Part shown: piece by piece, positions 10,880 to 22,296 of the stretch
Position numbering within the stretch: the first letter of the stretch is position 1
Layout: each line of letters begins with the position of its first letter
Source of the DNA: Escherichia coli
Lineage (GTDB): Bacteria > Pseudomonadota > Gammaproteobacteria > Enterobacterales > Enterobacteriaceae
DNA length: 64,000 nucleotides
Assembly (NCBI RefSeq): GCF_003334765.1
Contig: NZ_QOWT01000008.1
Strand: one strand, 5' to 3'
Notes under the pieces: model-generated
Seen by the model: only the letters and a program-made list of their open reading frames with translations
Told to the model about the DNA's origin: nothing
Databases searched by the model: none
Made by a program: the position numbers and the translations under genes

Positions 10880-10958
10880 GCCTGATAAGACGCGTGAGCG
10901 TCGCATCAGGCATCGTTCACCATTGCCGGATGCGGCGTTAACGCCTTATCCGGCCTAC
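10880..10958. repeat. BIME (two REP elements)
   Basis: GCCTGATAAGACGCGTGAGCGTCGCATCAGGC followed by GCCGGATGCGGCGTTAACGCCTTATCCGGCCTAC between convergent ypfH and ypfN. Confidence 0.65.
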
Positions 10959-10973
10959 GGTTGAGCACTCAGC

Positions 10974-11174
10974 TTACTTCTTCGGTTGATCCTTTTTCGG
11001 CCAGTCGTCGTCATCGTCCCACTTATCGTTGAAATCACGATGCGGGGGAAGCTCCGGCTTGTTGGCGAGAAATTTCTTATGGTCGACGCGCTTGAGATCT
11101 TTAATCACGTTCAGCAGGACGCCTACCAAAAAGACAATCACCAGAATCCACCAATATTTAGCCAGCCAGTCCAT
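10974..11174 (-). CDS. ypfN: Small membrane protein YpfN (UPF0370)
   Basis: 66 codons from ATG 11172-11174 ([21 protein letters not shown]...), GAGGA RBS; single TM helix then acidic tail. Confidence 0.75.
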
Positions 11175-11201
11175 GCTTATTTCCTCTTGCAGAACCACTC
11201 A

Positions 11202-12329
11202 TCAGGCGACGAGCTGTTCCATGATACGTTGATACATACGGGCAAGTAGCTGCAGGTCGGCAGCGTTCACACATTCATTAATTTTATGAATAGTGGCATT
11301 GACCGGCCCGAGTTCCACCACCTGCGCCCCCATGCGGGCAATAAAGCGCCCGTCGGACGTTCCGCCTGTGGTCAGTAGCTGCGGTTTAATTTCATTATAG
11401 TGCTCAACCGCGTTAACGACCGCATCCACCAGTTTACCGCGCGCGGTCAAAAATGGCTGCCCGGAAAGCCACCAATCCACCGTATAGCGCAGTTGATGTT
11501 TTTCAAGCAGGGCAAGCACCTGCGCTTTGATCATCTCATCAGTCAGTTCGGTGCTGAAGCGGAAGTTAAACTGCACAAACAGTTCACCCGGAATAACGTT
11601 GTTACTGCCCGTTCCCGCCTGAATATTGGCAATCTGCATACTGGTCGCCGGGAAGAATTCATTGCCCTGATCCCACTCAATAGCCACTAATTCATTAAGG
11701 AAAGGTGCTGCGCGATGTACCGGATTGTCAGCCAGATGTGGGTAGGCAACATGCCCCTGAACGCCATGAATGGTAAGGTTGCAGGTTAATGATCCGCGAC
11801 GACCATTTTTCACCACATCACCTACCACTTCGATACTCGACGGTTCGCCAACCAGGCAGTAATCGAGACGCTCATTACGTGCCATTAACGCTTCGACGAC
11901 TTTTACCGTACCGTTGTGGGCACTGGCTTCTTCATCAGAGGTGATCAGAAATGCCAGTCGCCCCGTATGGTTGGGATGTTGTGCGACAAAACGTTCTGCC
12001 GCCACCACCATCGCCGCCAGCGAGCCTTTCATATCTGCCGCACCGCGCCCGAATAACATGCCGTCACGAATGGTGGGTTCAAACGGGGGATTGATCCAAC
12101 GATCGGCGTCGCCAGGCGGCACCACGTCGGTATGCCCGGCAAAGGCTAACGTTTCACCCTGCCCACGCCATGCCCAAAAATTCTGCGTATCGGCAAAGTC
12201 CATGCGTTCAACGGTAAAACCGATCGCCTGCAAACGTTCAATCAACAAAGCCTGGCATCCTGCATCATCAGGACTCAGGGAAGGGCGGCGAATAAGCTGT
12301 TGTGTCAGCTCAATAACCGGGCACGACAT
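11202..12329 (-). CDS. dapE: Succinyl-diaminopimelate desuccinylase
   Basis: 375-aa reverse ORF, M20 peptidase family; recognised DapE. Confidence 0.9.
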
Positions 12330-12332
12330 AGA

Positions 12333-12707
<375 letters not shown>

Positions 12708-13069
12708 TTATGAGAATAAATACTCATTTAAGGGTGAAAACATTTTGCCTGCAAATGATTATCAGGAAATATAACATTATCGAAGTATTCAAATTAACAA
12801 CTATTAAATAATATTAAACATTTTTAACGTAAACATTAAGAATATTCATCTTGTTATCTGTCTGTATTTTAACCAGAATTAAATCAGTATTAGATGCCGT
12901 ATGAATATCTCGAAATGTTGCTGTGTATCACATACAAATCATCACCGCAGGACCATAGTATTTACATAAGATTTGTCCCCCGGAGGTAGTCATCGCAGCA
13001 ATCGAGTAAATTAGCTTCACCACGGTATATTGTTTCCGTAGAATACCCATAATTATAAGAGAGGTTGTT

Positions 13070-13129
13070 ATGATTGAACGTGAACTGGGGAACTGGAAAG
13101 ACTTTATCGAAGTTATGCTTCGTAAGTAA
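13070..13129 (+). CDS. ypfM: Small protein YpfM (19 aa)
   Basis: ATG 13070 to TAA 13127-13129 encodes MIERELGNWKDFIEVMLRK, preceded by GAGAGG RBS; recognised as the small protein ypfM between yffB and acrD. Confidence 0.55.
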   Translation: MIERELGNWKDFIEVMLRK

Positions 13130-13190
13130 TTCCTGAGACAAAGTACAAACAGCAAGAACCCGCTGAGCAGGTTCTTAATCGGAAAGTTGA

Positions 13191-13226
13191 AAAAGGCGAC
13201 ACATTGGCATGTCGCCTTTTTTATTG
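13191..13226. terminator. Bidirectional rho-independent terminator (acrD / ypfM)
   Basis: Stem GGCGACA/TGTCGCC with 8-nt loop, flanked by AAAAA on one side and TTTTTT on the other; lies between convergent ypfM and acrD. Confidence 0.65.
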
Positions 13227-13227
13227 C

Positions 13228-16200
13228 TTATTCCGGGCGCGGCTTCAGCGGGAAGCGGCGGCGCACCAGCACAAAGAACAGCGGCACGAAGTAAATAGCC
13301 AGAATAGTGGCCGAAATCATCCCGCCCATTACGCCAGTACCCACCGCATGCTGACCACCGGAACCGGCACCCGTGCTGGTTGCCATTGGCAATACGCCGA
13401 AGATAAATGCCAGCGAGGTCATCAGAATCGGGCGTAAACGCTGACGGCAGGCGTGGAGCGTCGCTTCAAACAGGTCGTGGCCTTTTTGGTTCATCTCGTT
13501 AGCAAACTCGACGATCAGGATGGCGTTTTTCGCCGATAAACCAATGACCGTTAACAGGCCCACCTGGAAGTAAACGTCGTTTTCCAGCCCGCGCATCCAG
13601 GTTGCCAGCAGCGCGCCGATTACCCCCAGCGGCACGACCAGCATTACCGAGAACGGCACCGACCAGCTTTCATACAACGCAGCCAGACACAGGAATACCA
13701 CCAGCAAGGAAATGGCGTACAGCGCCGGAGCCTGCGCGCCGGAAAGCCGCTCCTGATACGACATCGCCGTCCACTCCAGACCAAAGCCGTTTGGCAGCTG
13801 CTTCACTAACGATTCCATAATATCCATCGCCGTACCGGTACTGACCCCCGGTGCGGCTTCCCCAACAATCTCAACCGCAGAATAACCGTTATAGCGTTCC
13901 AGACGCGGCGAGCCTGTTTCCCAGCGTGAGGTCGCGAAAGCAGAGAAGGGCACCATGCCGCCATCTTTATTTCGGACATACCAGAGATTGATGTCATCTG
14001 GCAGCATGCGATACGGCGCAGCTGCCTGCACATAGACTTTCTTCACGCGACCGCGATCCATAAAGTCATTCACATAGCTCGAACCCCAGGCGGTTTGCAG
14101 TGTGTCGTTAATATCGTCGATAGCAACGCCCAGCGCCTGAGCTTTACGCTGGTCGATATCAATCTGCAACTGCGGACTGTCGTCGAGGCCGTTATGGCGC
14201 ACACGGGTTAGCTCCGGGTTTTCCGCCGCCAGCGCCAGCAACTGATTACTTGCTGCCATCAGCGCATCGTGACCCGCTCCAGCGTGGTCCTGCAACTCCA
14301 TATCAAAACCTGCAGAACTACCAAGACCGCTAATTGCTGGCGGGCTGCTGGCGATAACGCGAGCTTCTTTAATTTGGTTAAACGCCTTCGTTGCACGCTC
14401 GATAATGGCAAACGAGGTGCCGGTCTTACTGTCGCGTTCGCTCCAGTCTTTCAGGCGGATAAACATTCGCGCCACGTTTTGCCCGTTACCCCCAGGGCCA
14501 GAACCAACGGTGGCAAACACCGACATGATGTTGTCTTTTTCATGGGTGAAGTAGTATTTCTCGATTTGCTCAACGACTTTCAGGGTCTGTTGTTGCGTTG
14601 AACCGCTGGGCAACTGTACCGAGGTAGTAAACATGCCACGGTCTTCCAGCGGTAAGAACGACGTCGGCAAACGCAGGAACAGGAACACCATGCCGCCAAG
14701 CAGCAGGACATAAATCACAATCCAGCGCAGGCTACGGTGGAGAATTTTCGCCACCCCTTTTTCGTAGCGTTCGGCGTTGCGGTTAAACATCTGGTTAAAC
14801 CAGGCAAAAAAGCCTTTTTGCCCATGATGCTCACCTTTTTTCAGTGGCTTAAGTAGTGTGGCACACAGAGCCGGAGTGAGGATCATCGCTACCAGTACTG
14901 ACAGCACCATCGCCGCAACAATGGTAATAGAGAACTGGCGATAGATGGCACCGGTGGTGCCGCCGAAGAAGGCCATTGGTACAAATACCGCCGAAAGAAC
15001 CATCGCAATCCCGACCAGTGCCCCCTGGATCTGCCCCATCGATTTACGTGTGGCTTCGCGAGGAGTGAGTCCTTCCTCACTCATAATACGTTCGACGTTT
15101 TCCACCACCACGATGGCGTCATCCACCAGCAGACCGATCGCCAGCACCATCGCGAACATGGTTAAGGTGTTGACGCTGTAACCGAAGGCGTAAAGTACGG
15201 AGAAGGTTCCCATCAACACCACCGGCACGGCGATAGTGGGTATCAGCGTGGCGCGGAAGTTTTGCAGGAACAGATACATAACGAGGAAAACCAGAGCGAT
15301 AGCTTCCAGCAGCGTTTTCACCACGTCTTCAATGGAGGCTTTAACAAACGAGGTGGTTTCATACGCCACCTTGTATTCCAGTCCATGCGGGAAATACTGC
15401 GCCAGCTCGTCGAGACGATTGAGCACCAGCTCCGCTGTCGCCATTTCGTTAGCGCCGGAGGCCAGTTTTACCCCCAGCCCGGAGGCTGGCTTACCATTGA
15501 AGCGGCTAAGATAATCGTATTTCTCCGCCCCCATTTCGACGGTGGCGACATCGCCCAGCCTTACCTCTGAGCCGTCCTGATTGACCCGCAAGGTGATATC
15601 GCGGAACTGTTCTGGTGTTTGCAGCAGTGACTGGGCGTTAATGGTGGCGTTGAGCGCCTGCTTATCGACGGAAGGTGTACCACCAAGTTGCCCAACCGCA
15701 ATCTGCGCGTTCTGTGACTCAATGGCATCAGTGACATCTTTAGCCGTCATCTGGAAACTGTTGAGTTTCGCCGGGTCCAGCCAGATACGCATGGAATATT
15801 GCGAACCATAGGCATCGATATCCCCGACGCCATTCACGCGGCTTAACGGGTCCTGAATATTACTGGCAACATAATCAGCAATATCCTGTTTATCCATCGA
15901 ACCATCGGTAGAGACGAAGGCAATGGTCAGAATGTTGGTATCGCCGGTTTTACGCACCGTCACGCCCTGATTTTGCACCGCCTGCGGTAACTTTCGCATG
16001 GCTGATTGCAGCTGGTTTTGTACTTGCTGCACGGCTTCGTCCGGATCGGTGCCTGCTTTAAAACTTAAAGTGACAGATGCCTGACCGGTGCCACTGCTCT
16101 GAGATGACATATACATGAGATTATCGAGGCCGGTCATATTTTGCTCGATAACCTGGGTCACGGTGTTTTCCAGCGTCTGGGCCGATGCGCCGGGATAGTT

Positions 16201-16341
16201 AGCGGTCACTCGCACATTCGGTGGCGCGAGATCGGGGTATTGTTCAACGGGCAATGAAAAAATCGCCAGGGTACCTGTCAGACACAACAGGATTGCCAGC
16301 ACCCAGGCAAAAATGGGGCGATCAATAAAGAAATTCGCCAT
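13228..16341 (-). CDS. acrD: RND-family aminoglycoside/multidrug efflux pump AcrD
   Basis: 1037-aa reverse ORF, 12-TM RND transporter; recognised AcrD. Confidence 0.9.
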   Translation of the reverse strand: MANFFIDRPIFAWVLAILLCLTGTLAIFSLPVEQYPDLAPPNVRVTANYPGASAQTLENTVTQVIEQNMTGLDNLMYMSSQSSGTGQASVTLSFKAGTDPDEAVQQVQNQLQSAMRKLPQAVQNQGVTVRKTGDTNILTIAFVSTDGSMDKQDIADYVASNIQDPLSRVNGVGDIDAYGSQYSMRIWLDPAKLNSFQMTAKDVTDAIESQNAQIAVGQLGGTPSVDKQALNATINAQSLLQTPEQFRDITLRVNQDGSEVRLGDVATVEMGAEKYDYLSRFNGKPASGLGVKLASGANEMATAELVLNRLDELAQYFPHGLEYKVAYETTSFVKASIEDVVKTLLEAIALVFLVMYLFLQNFRATLIPTIAVPVVLMGTFSVLYAFGYSVNTLTMFAMVLAIGLLVDDAIVVVENVERIMSEEGLTPREATRKSMGQIQGALVGIAMVLSAVFVPMAFFGGTTGAIYRQFSITIVAAMVLSVLVAMILTPALCATLLKPLKKGEHHGQKGFFAWFNQMFNRNAERYEKGVAKILHRSLRWIVIYVLLLGGMVFLFLRLPTSFLPLEDRGMFTTSVQLPSGSTQQQTLKVVEQIEKYYFTHEKDNIMSVFATVGSGPGGNGQNVARMFIRLKDWSERDSKTGTSFAIIERATKAFNQIKEARVIASSPPAISGLGSSAGFDMELQDHAGAGHDALMAASNQLLALAAENPELTRVRHNGLDDSPQLQIDIDQRKAQALGVAIDDINDTLQTAWGSSYVNDFMDRGRVKKVYVQAAAPYRMLPDDINLWYVRNKDGGMVPFSAFATSRWETGSPRLERYNGYSAVEIVGEAAPGVSTGTAMDIMESLVKQLPNGFGLEWTAMSYQERLSGAQAPALYAISLLVVFLCLAALYESWSVPFSVMLVVPLGVIGALLATWMRGLENDVYFQVGLLTVIGLSAKNAILIVEFANEMNQKGHDLFEATLHACRQRLRPILMTSLAFIFGVLPMATSTGAGSGGQHAVGTGVMGGMISATILAIYFVPLFFVLVRRRFPLKPRPE

Positions 16342-16411
16342 TAAAAGAGGACCTCGTGTTTCTGCGTATCGTTGTAGGCTTGACTTGCTTCACTGTAGCG
16401 GCAAGGTACGA

Positions 16412-16429
16412 GCCAATCGTGGAGAAAAA
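16412..16429 (-). promoter_or_regulatory. Candidate BaeR binding box upstream of acrD
   Basis: Reverse strand reads TTTTTCTCCACGATTGGC, matching the BaeR consensus TTTTTCTCCATDATTGGC, about 70-90 bp upstream of the acrD ATG. Confidence 0.5.
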
Positions 16430-16504
16430 AAGGAGTTAATGTAAATTATCATGCCCTTTTATACTGAACCTTAAGTGCAAGTATTCTTTGGTCAGTAGGA
16501 GGCA

Positions 16505-18205
16505 TTACATTAACTGACTTTCCTCACCCTCCGCAGAGCGAAAGCTAATACTCACTAACGTGCCGCCGCCGGAAGGTTGTGAAAAAGTCAGCGTCCCACC
16601 TAGCCGTTCCGCGCGTTCGCGCATGATATTCAGACCATAATGACCTTCGGGTTCTTTCGGTTCACCGATACCAATCCCGTTATCACGGATATAAACCGTG
16701 TGATTGCCGTCCGGCGCGGTGACGCAACTGACGGCGATTTCGCTGGCGTTGGCGTGCTTCATCGCATTCAGCACCGCTTCGCGAATAATTTGCAACAAAT
16801 GCACCTGCATTTGCGCATCCAGTGCCAGGGTTGGCAGACGGCAGTCGAGGGTCAGTTTGGCGCTGGTTTGATTTTGTAACGTATCCAGCATTTCCCTCAA
16901 TGCGGAGGGGAGATCCGCCTGCTGCAGCGTCAGGCGGAAAGTAGTCAACAGCTCGCGTAACTGCCGATAAGCATCATTCAACGCCTGGGAAAAATCGGCC
17001 ATGATACTTTGTGCGGTGGCGTTATCTTCCGGTATCGAACGCTTCAGTAACGTCAACTGGATACGTAAGTAAGAAAGTACCTGAGCCAGCGAGTCGTGCA
17101 ATTCGCGGGCGATGGTCGCACGTTCTTCCATCAACAATAATTGCTGAAAATGCTTCTGCGCCTGATTAAAGTACAAACCGCGTCCCAGCATCGACGAAAC
17201 GCTGTTAAGCAGCGGTTCTGATGATGAAACGTGACTATTTTGCCAGTGCAGTTCGCCGTAAACCGTCTCTTGCATTGTCACCGGTAAAATCTGCATCGGC
17301 AATTCCGGGTTTGGTTGCCCTTCGCTAATCCGCCAGTTTTCACCGACATTTAACTCCAGATATTCAGCCGCTTCATTGTCGCGAACAATCTGCAAAATAT
17401 GGCGGAAACAATGCACATCAATCTGGCTAGTGTTCAGCGCCTGCGAACACTGATACAACACCTCCAGACGACGCTTGGCCTCGTGGAGATCGCGGGTCTT
17501 TTCTTCTACTGACGCTTCCAGCGAACGGTACAATTTATGCAGCTCGCTCGACATCTGGTTAAAGGTTTTTGCAAGCAGACCAAGCTCATTCGGCAGGTTG
17601 GTATCCAGCGGCGGCGAGTCGAACTGCCCGTGTTCAATACGCTGACTGGCGGTAACCAGCTGATTCAGCGGGGCAACCACCTGATGGCGTATGCGGCGCA
17701 AAGTAAAAAAGACCAGCGTGAAAATACCGATGCCGCCAGCCAGGGAAATCGCCACCACCAGCAGCATTTTGCGTTCAGCGTAGTGCTGTAAAGCCAGTAC
17801 GAACAGGTCTATCTGATTAACATAATTATTAATATTGGCCTGATACCACGGCAAATCGCCCTTGCTGAGCCGATTATTCATCTCCAGCCAGTTGGCATTC
17901 AGATGCGCATAGCGAGTTTTTACTGCTTCTGGCACATACCAGACGTTGAGGTTGGTTAATACCGGTGAATGCAGTGCCTGCTGAAATAACTGGCGATGTG
18001 CATTGAGTTGTGGACTGCCACTTTGCAAGTCGTAGCCCAGGCGGTAACTCTGCATACGCAGCGATCCGGCAATATTGATAGCCTCAGCGTCGCGCAAACT
18101 GCTCGCCAGAGTTAGCAGAGCGATACCCGTGGAAAGAATCGACAGCAGCACAATGTAAAAAAAGGCCCGGGCCAGACTGGCCGAGACGGGTCGTTTAACA
18201 ATCAC
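16505..18205 (-). CDS. narQ: Nitrate/nitrite sensor histidine kinase NarQ
   Basis: 566 codons if initiated at GTG 18203-18205 (MIVKRPVSASLARAFF...); an in-frame ATG at 18220 would add 5 residues; HAMP and HisKA_3/HATPase regions recognisable. Confidence 0.85.
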   Translation of the reverse strand: MIVKRPVSASLARAFFYIVLLSILSTGIALLTLASSLRDAEAINIAGSLRMQSYRLGYDLQSGSPQLNAHRQLFQQALHSPVLTNLNVWYVPEAVKTRYAHLNANWLEMNNRLSKGDLPWYQANINNYVNQIDLFVLALQHYAERKMLLVVAISLAGGIGIFTLVFFTLRRIRHQVVAPLNQLVTASQRIEHGQFDSPPLDTNLPNELGLLAKTFNQMSSELHKLYRSLEASVEEKTRDLHEAKRRLEVLYQCSQALNTSQIDVHCFRHILQIVRDNEAAEYLELNVGENWRISEGQPNPELPMQILPVTMQETVYGELHWQNSHVSSSEPLLNSVSSMLGRGLYFNQAQKHFQQLLLMEERATIARELHDSLAQVLSYLRIQLTLLKRSIPEDNATAQSIMADFSQALNDAYRQLRELLTTFRLTLQQADLPSALREMLDTLQNQTSAKLTLDCRLPTLALDAQMQVHLLQIIREAVLNAMKHANASEIAVSCVTAPDGNHTVYIRDNGIGIGEPKEPEGHYGLNIMRERAERLGGTLTFSQPSGGGTLVSISFRSAEGEESQLM

Positions 18206-18410
18206 ACGCGTCTTCTCCACAAAAAATCATTAATGTTCCAGTTCGCTGAAACGCAATTTAGTCAGTGATGGGATTATTTGATCTGCCACAGTTTATAGCG
18301 AAATAGTTACTTATTCTGGGCACATGAACATTGCCGATTCCCCTGTAAGTCGGGTAATAACAACACTCATATAAAGAATAAGGTTTTTACAACCAAAAAA
18401 GAAGGTCGTT

Positions 18411-20390
18411 ATGAATCGTTTTATTATGGCCAACAGTCAGCAATGTCTGGGTTGTCATGCTTGTGAAATCGCCTGTGTCATGGCTCACAATGATGAGCAA
18501 CATGTCCTGAGCCAACACCATTTTCATCCCCGAATTACGGTTATCAAACATCAACAGCAACGTAGTGCAGTGACCTGTCACCATTGTGAAGATGCGCCCT
18601 GCGCCCGTAGCTGCCCTAATGGCGCAATCAGCCACGTTGATGACAGCATTCAGGTCAATCAGCAAAAGTGTATTGGCTGTAAATCCTGCGTGGTGGCCTG
18701 TCCTTTTGGTACGATGCAAATCGTCCTGACACCCGTCGCGGCAGGAAAAGTAAAAGCCACGGCGCATAAATGCGACCTTTGTGCGGGGCGCGAAAACGGT
18801 CCTGCCTGTGTTGAGAATTGCCCGGCGGACGCGCTGCAACTGGTCACTGACGTCGCACTCTCCGGCATGGCGAAATCCCGCCGCTTGCGCACCGCGCGTC
18901 AGGAACATCAACCGTGGCATGCCAGTACCGCGGCGCAAGAAATGCCGGTAATGAGTAAAGTCGAACAAATGCAGGCAACGCCCGCGCGTGGCGAGCCGGA
19001 TAAACTGGCGATTGAAGCGCGCAAAACCGGTTTTGATGAAATTTATCTGCCATTTCGCGCCGACCAGGCACAACGGGAAGCCTCGCGCTGCCTTAAGTGC
19101 GGCGAGCACAGCGTTTGTGAATGGACCTGCCCGCTGCATAACCATATACCGCAGTGGATTGAACTGGTGAAAGCCGGAAACATCGACGCCGCCGTCGAGC
19201 TTTCTCACCAGACCAACACCCTGCCGGAAATTACCGGACGCGTTTGTCCGCAAGACCGTTTGTGTGAAGGTGCCTGTACTATTCGCGATGAGCACGGCGC
19301 GGTAACTATCGGCAACATTGAACGCTACATTTCAGATCAGGCGTTGGCGAAAGGTTGGCGTCCTGACTTAAGCCATGTCACCAAAGTGGACAAGCGGGTG
19401 GCGATTATCGGTGCAGGTCCGGCAGGGCTGGCCTGTGCGGATGTTCTGACCCGCAATGGCGTGGGGGTGACGGTGTACGATCGCCATCCAGAAATCGGTG
19501 GCTTGCTCACTTTCGGCATTCCTTCTTTCAAACTGGATAAATCCCTGCTGGCACGCCGTCGGGAAATCTTCAGCGCGATGGGGATTCACTTCGAACTCAA
19601 TTGTGAAGTGGGTAAAGATGTCTCTTTGGATTCGCTTTTGGAACAATACGACGCGGTCTTCGTTGGCGTAGGCACTTACCGTTCCATGAAAGCGGGTTTA
19701 CCCAATGAAGATGCGCCGGGCGTTTATGACGCGCTGCCGTTCCTCATTGCCAACACTAAACAGGTGATGGGGCTCGAAGAGCTACCGGAAGAGCCGTTTA
19801 TCAATACCGCCGGACTTAACGTCGTGGTACTGGGCGGCGGCGACACCGCGATGGACTGTGTGCGTACCGCACTGCGCCACGGCGCGAGTAACGTCACCTG
19901 CGCTTATCGTCGTGATGAAGCTAACATGCCAGGCTCGAAGAAAGAAGTGAAGAACGCCCGCGAAGAGGGGGCCAACTTCGAATTTAACGTCCAGCCGGTG
20001 GCGCTTGAGCTGAATGAACAAGGTCACGTCTGCGGGATTCGTTTCCTGCGCACGCGTCTTGGAGAGCCGGATGCCCAGGGGCGTCGGCGTCCAGTGCCGG
20101 TGGAAGGCAGTGAATTTGTCATGCCAGCCGACGCGGTGATTATGGCGTTTGGCTTCAATCCGCACGGGATGCCGTGGCTGGAGTCGCACGGTGTAACGGT
20201 AGACAAATGGGGCCGCATCATCGCGGATGTGGAAAGCCAGTACCGTTACCAGACCACCAATCCGAAAATCTTCGCTGGTGGTGACGCCGTGCGTGGTGCG
20301 GATCTGGTGGTTACCGCAATGGCAGAAGGACGTCATGCGGCACAGGGGATTATTGACTGGCTGGGGGTAAAATCAGTCAAATCTCACTGA
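18411..20390 (+). CDS. aegA: Putative Fe-S oxidoreductase AegA (ferredoxin domains plus GltD-like FAD/NAD(P) domain)
   Basis: 659-aa ORF; N-terminal multiple CxxCxxCxxxCP clusters and C-terminal dinucleotide-binding motif (IIGAGPAGLACA); divergent from narQ. Confidence 0.85.
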   Translation: MNRFIMANSQQCLGCHACEIACVMAHNDEQHVLSQHHFHPRITVIKHQQQRSAVTCHHCEDAPCARSCPNGAISHVDDSIQVNQQKCIGCKSCVVACPFGTMQIVLTPVAAGKVKATAHKCDLCAGRENGPACVENCPADALQLVTDVALSGMAKSRRLRTARQEHQPWHASTAAQEMPVMSKVEQMQATPARGEPDKLAIEARKTGFDEIYLPFRADQAQREASRCLKCGEHSVCEWTCPLHNHIPQWIELVKAGNIDAAVELSHQTNTLPEITGRVCPQDRLCEGACTIRDEHGAVTIGNIERYISDQALAKGWRPDLSHVTKVDKRVAIIGAGPAGLACADVLTRNGVGVTVYDRHPEIGGLLTFGIPSFKLDKSLLARRREIFSAMGIHFELNCEVGKDVSLDSLLEQYDAVFVGVGTYRSMKAGLPNEDAPGVYDALPFLIANTKQVMGLEELPEEPFINTAGLNVVVLGGGDTAMDCVRTALRHGASNVTCAYRRDEANMPGSKKEVKNAREEGANFEFNVQPVALELNEQGHVCGIRFLRTRLGEPDAQGRRRPVPVEGSEFVMPADAVIMAFGFNPHGMPWLESHGVTVDKWGRIIADVESQYRYQTTNPKIFAGGDAVRGADLVVTAMAEGRHAAQGIIDWLGVKSVKSH

Positions 20391-20457
20391 TAGCCTGCGC
20401 AGACAAACCCGACTTCACAGCGTAAGATAATTGTTCATTTCGCGCTGTGGAGTCGGT

Positions 20458-21033
20458 ATGACGCAACAAATCACCCTCATTAAAGACAAAATTCTCTCCG
20501 ATAACTATTTCACCCTGCACAACATTACTTACGATCTCACGCGCAAAGACGGCGAAGTTATCCGCCATAAACGTGAAGTGTACGATCGCGGCAATGGTGC
20601 GACGATCCTCCTGTACAACACGAAGAAAAAGACCGTGGTTCTGATTCGTCAGTTCCGTGTCGCTACCTGGGTTAATGGCAATGAAAGCGGGCAGCTGATT
20701 GAAAGCTGCGCCGGGCTGCTGGATAACGACGAACCGGAAGTGTGTATTCGCAAAGAAGCGATTGAAGAGACGGGCTATGAAGTGGGTGAAGTGCGCAAAT
20801 TATTTGAACTGTATATGTCGCCAGGCGGTGTGACTGAGCTAATCCACTTTTTTATCGCCGAATACAGTGACAATCAGCGCGCTAACGCCGGTGGCGGTGT
20901 CGAAGATGAAGATATTGAAGTGCTCGAGCTGCCGTTCAGCCAGGCGCTGGAGATGATCAAAACCGGCGAGATACGTGACGGTAAGACGGTGTTATTGCTT
21001 AACTATTTGCAAACGTCACATTTAATGGACTGA
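20458..21033 (+). CDS. nudK: GDP-mannose pyrophosphatase NudK (Nudix hydrolase)
   Basis: 191 codons from ATG 20458 ([13 protein letters not shown]...); Nudix box region ([13 protein letters not shown]). Confidence 0.85.
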   Translation: MTQQITLIKDKILSDNYFTLHNITYDLTRKDGEVIRHKREVYDRGNGATILLYNTKKKTVVLIRQFRVATWVNGNESGQLIESCAGLLDNDEPEVCIRKEAIEETGYEVGEVRKLFELYMSPGGVTELIHFFIAEYSDNQRANAGGGVEDEDIEVLELPFSQALEMIKTGEIRDGKTVLLLNYLQTSHLMD

Positions 21034-21158
21034 AAAATAACAATAATATTTCGTTGTTTATTATTGGCTCAATCCGACAAATCCGATTGAGCCGCGCTAC
21101 CTGCGCAACGAAGATACGACTTGTGCTGTTTGTTTGAACTTCTGGGGTCGTACCGTCC

Positions 21159-22202
21159 ATGCGCTATCGCATTTTCCTTCTCTTTTTTTTCGCTTTGTTG
21201 CCGACGTCTTTGGTGTGGGCGGCACCAGCGCAACGGGCGTTTTCCGACTGGCAGGTCACCTGTAATAACCAAAATTTCTGCGTGGCGCGTAATACGGGCG
21301 ATCATAATGGACTGGTGATGACCCTGAGCCGCAGCGCCGGGGCGCATACCGATGCCGTTTTACGTATTGAGCGCGGCGGATTGAAGTCGCCGGAGGCGTC
21401 AGAAGGGGAGATAGCGCCACGGCTGCTGTTAGATGGCGAGCCGTTGGCGTTAAGTGGTGACAAGTGGCGGATTTCACCATGGTTATTAGTAACCGATGAT
21501 ACGGCAACCATCACCGCGTTTTTGCAGATGATTCAGGAAGGGAAGGCAATCACCTTACGCGATGGCGATCAGACCATTTCTCTGAGTGGCTTAAAAGCAG
21601 CGTTGTTGTTTATTGATGCTCAGCAAAAGCGCGTTGGCAGTGAAACCGCGTGGATCAAGAAAGGGGACGAACCGCCGCTCAGCGTACCGCCCGCGCCTGC
21701 GCTGAAAGAGGTCGCGGTGGTTAACCCAACGCCGACGCCACTCTCACTCGAAGAACGCAACGATTTGCTGGATTATGGAAACTGGCGGATGAATGGTCTG
21801 CGCTGCTCGCTTGATCCATTGCGTCGTGAGGTGAATGTCACTGCGCTGACTGATGATAAAGCGCTGATGATGATTAGCTGTGAGGCAGGGGCCTATAACA
21901 CCATTGATTTGGCATGGATTGTGTCGCGTAAAAAGCCACTAGCTTCGCGCCCGGTTCGGTTGCGTTTGCCGTTCAACAACGGTCAGGAGACGAATGAACT
22001 GGAACTGATGAACGCAACATTTGATGAGAAATCGCGTGAACTGGTGACCTTAGCGAAAGGGCGCGGATTAAGCGATTGTGGCATTCAGGCGCGCTGGCGC
22101 TTTGACGGTCAGCGTTTTCGCCTGGTGCGTTACGCCGCAGAACCCACCTGCGATAACTGGCATGGGCCAGACGCCTGGCCCACGTTGTGGATCACCCGTT
22201 AA
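21159..22202 (+). CDS. ypfG: DUF1176 protein YpfG (predicted periplasmic)
   Basis: 347-aa ORF with N-terminal signal peptide; recognised YpfG by sequence and position. Confidence 0.8.
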   Translation: MRYRIFLLFFFALLPTSLVWAAPAQRAFSDWQVTCNNQNFCVARNTGDHNGLVMTLSRSAGAHTDAVLRIERGGLKSPEASEGEIAPRLLLDGEPLALSGDKWRISPWLLVTDDTATITAFLQMIQEGKAITLRDGDQTISLSGLKAALLFIDAQQKRVGSETAWIKKGDEPPLSVPPAPALKEVAVVNPTPTPLSLEERNDLLDYGNWRMNGLRCSLDPLRREVNVTALTDDKALMMISCEAGAYNTIDLAWIVSRKKPLASRPVRLRLPFNNGQETNELELMNATFDEKSRELVTLAKGRGLSDCGIQARWRFDGQRFRLVRYAAEPTCDNWHGPDAWPTLWITR

Positions 22203-22209
22203 ACAAAAT

Positions 22210-22296
22210 GGCGGGACATGTAGGCCGGATAAGACGCTGTAGGCCGGATAAGACGCGTCAGCGTCGCATCCGGCAATCAGCATCCGGCAATCACCA
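22210..22296. repeat. REP/BIME cluster between ypfG and tktB
   Basis: Repeated GGCCGGATAAGACGC / GCGTCGCATCCGGCA REP-type palindromic units. Confidence 0.55.

Noticed and set aside
12928-13155. 75-aa reverse-strand ORF across the AT-rich spacer and ypfM
   Set aside because: It lies in low-complexity AT-rich DNA, overlaps ypfM antisense, and has no RBS; likely a chance ORF.
18387-19295. 302-aa reverse-strand ORF overlapping the aegA 5' half
   Set aside because: Antisense shadow ORF; aegA is confidently assigned on the forward strand.
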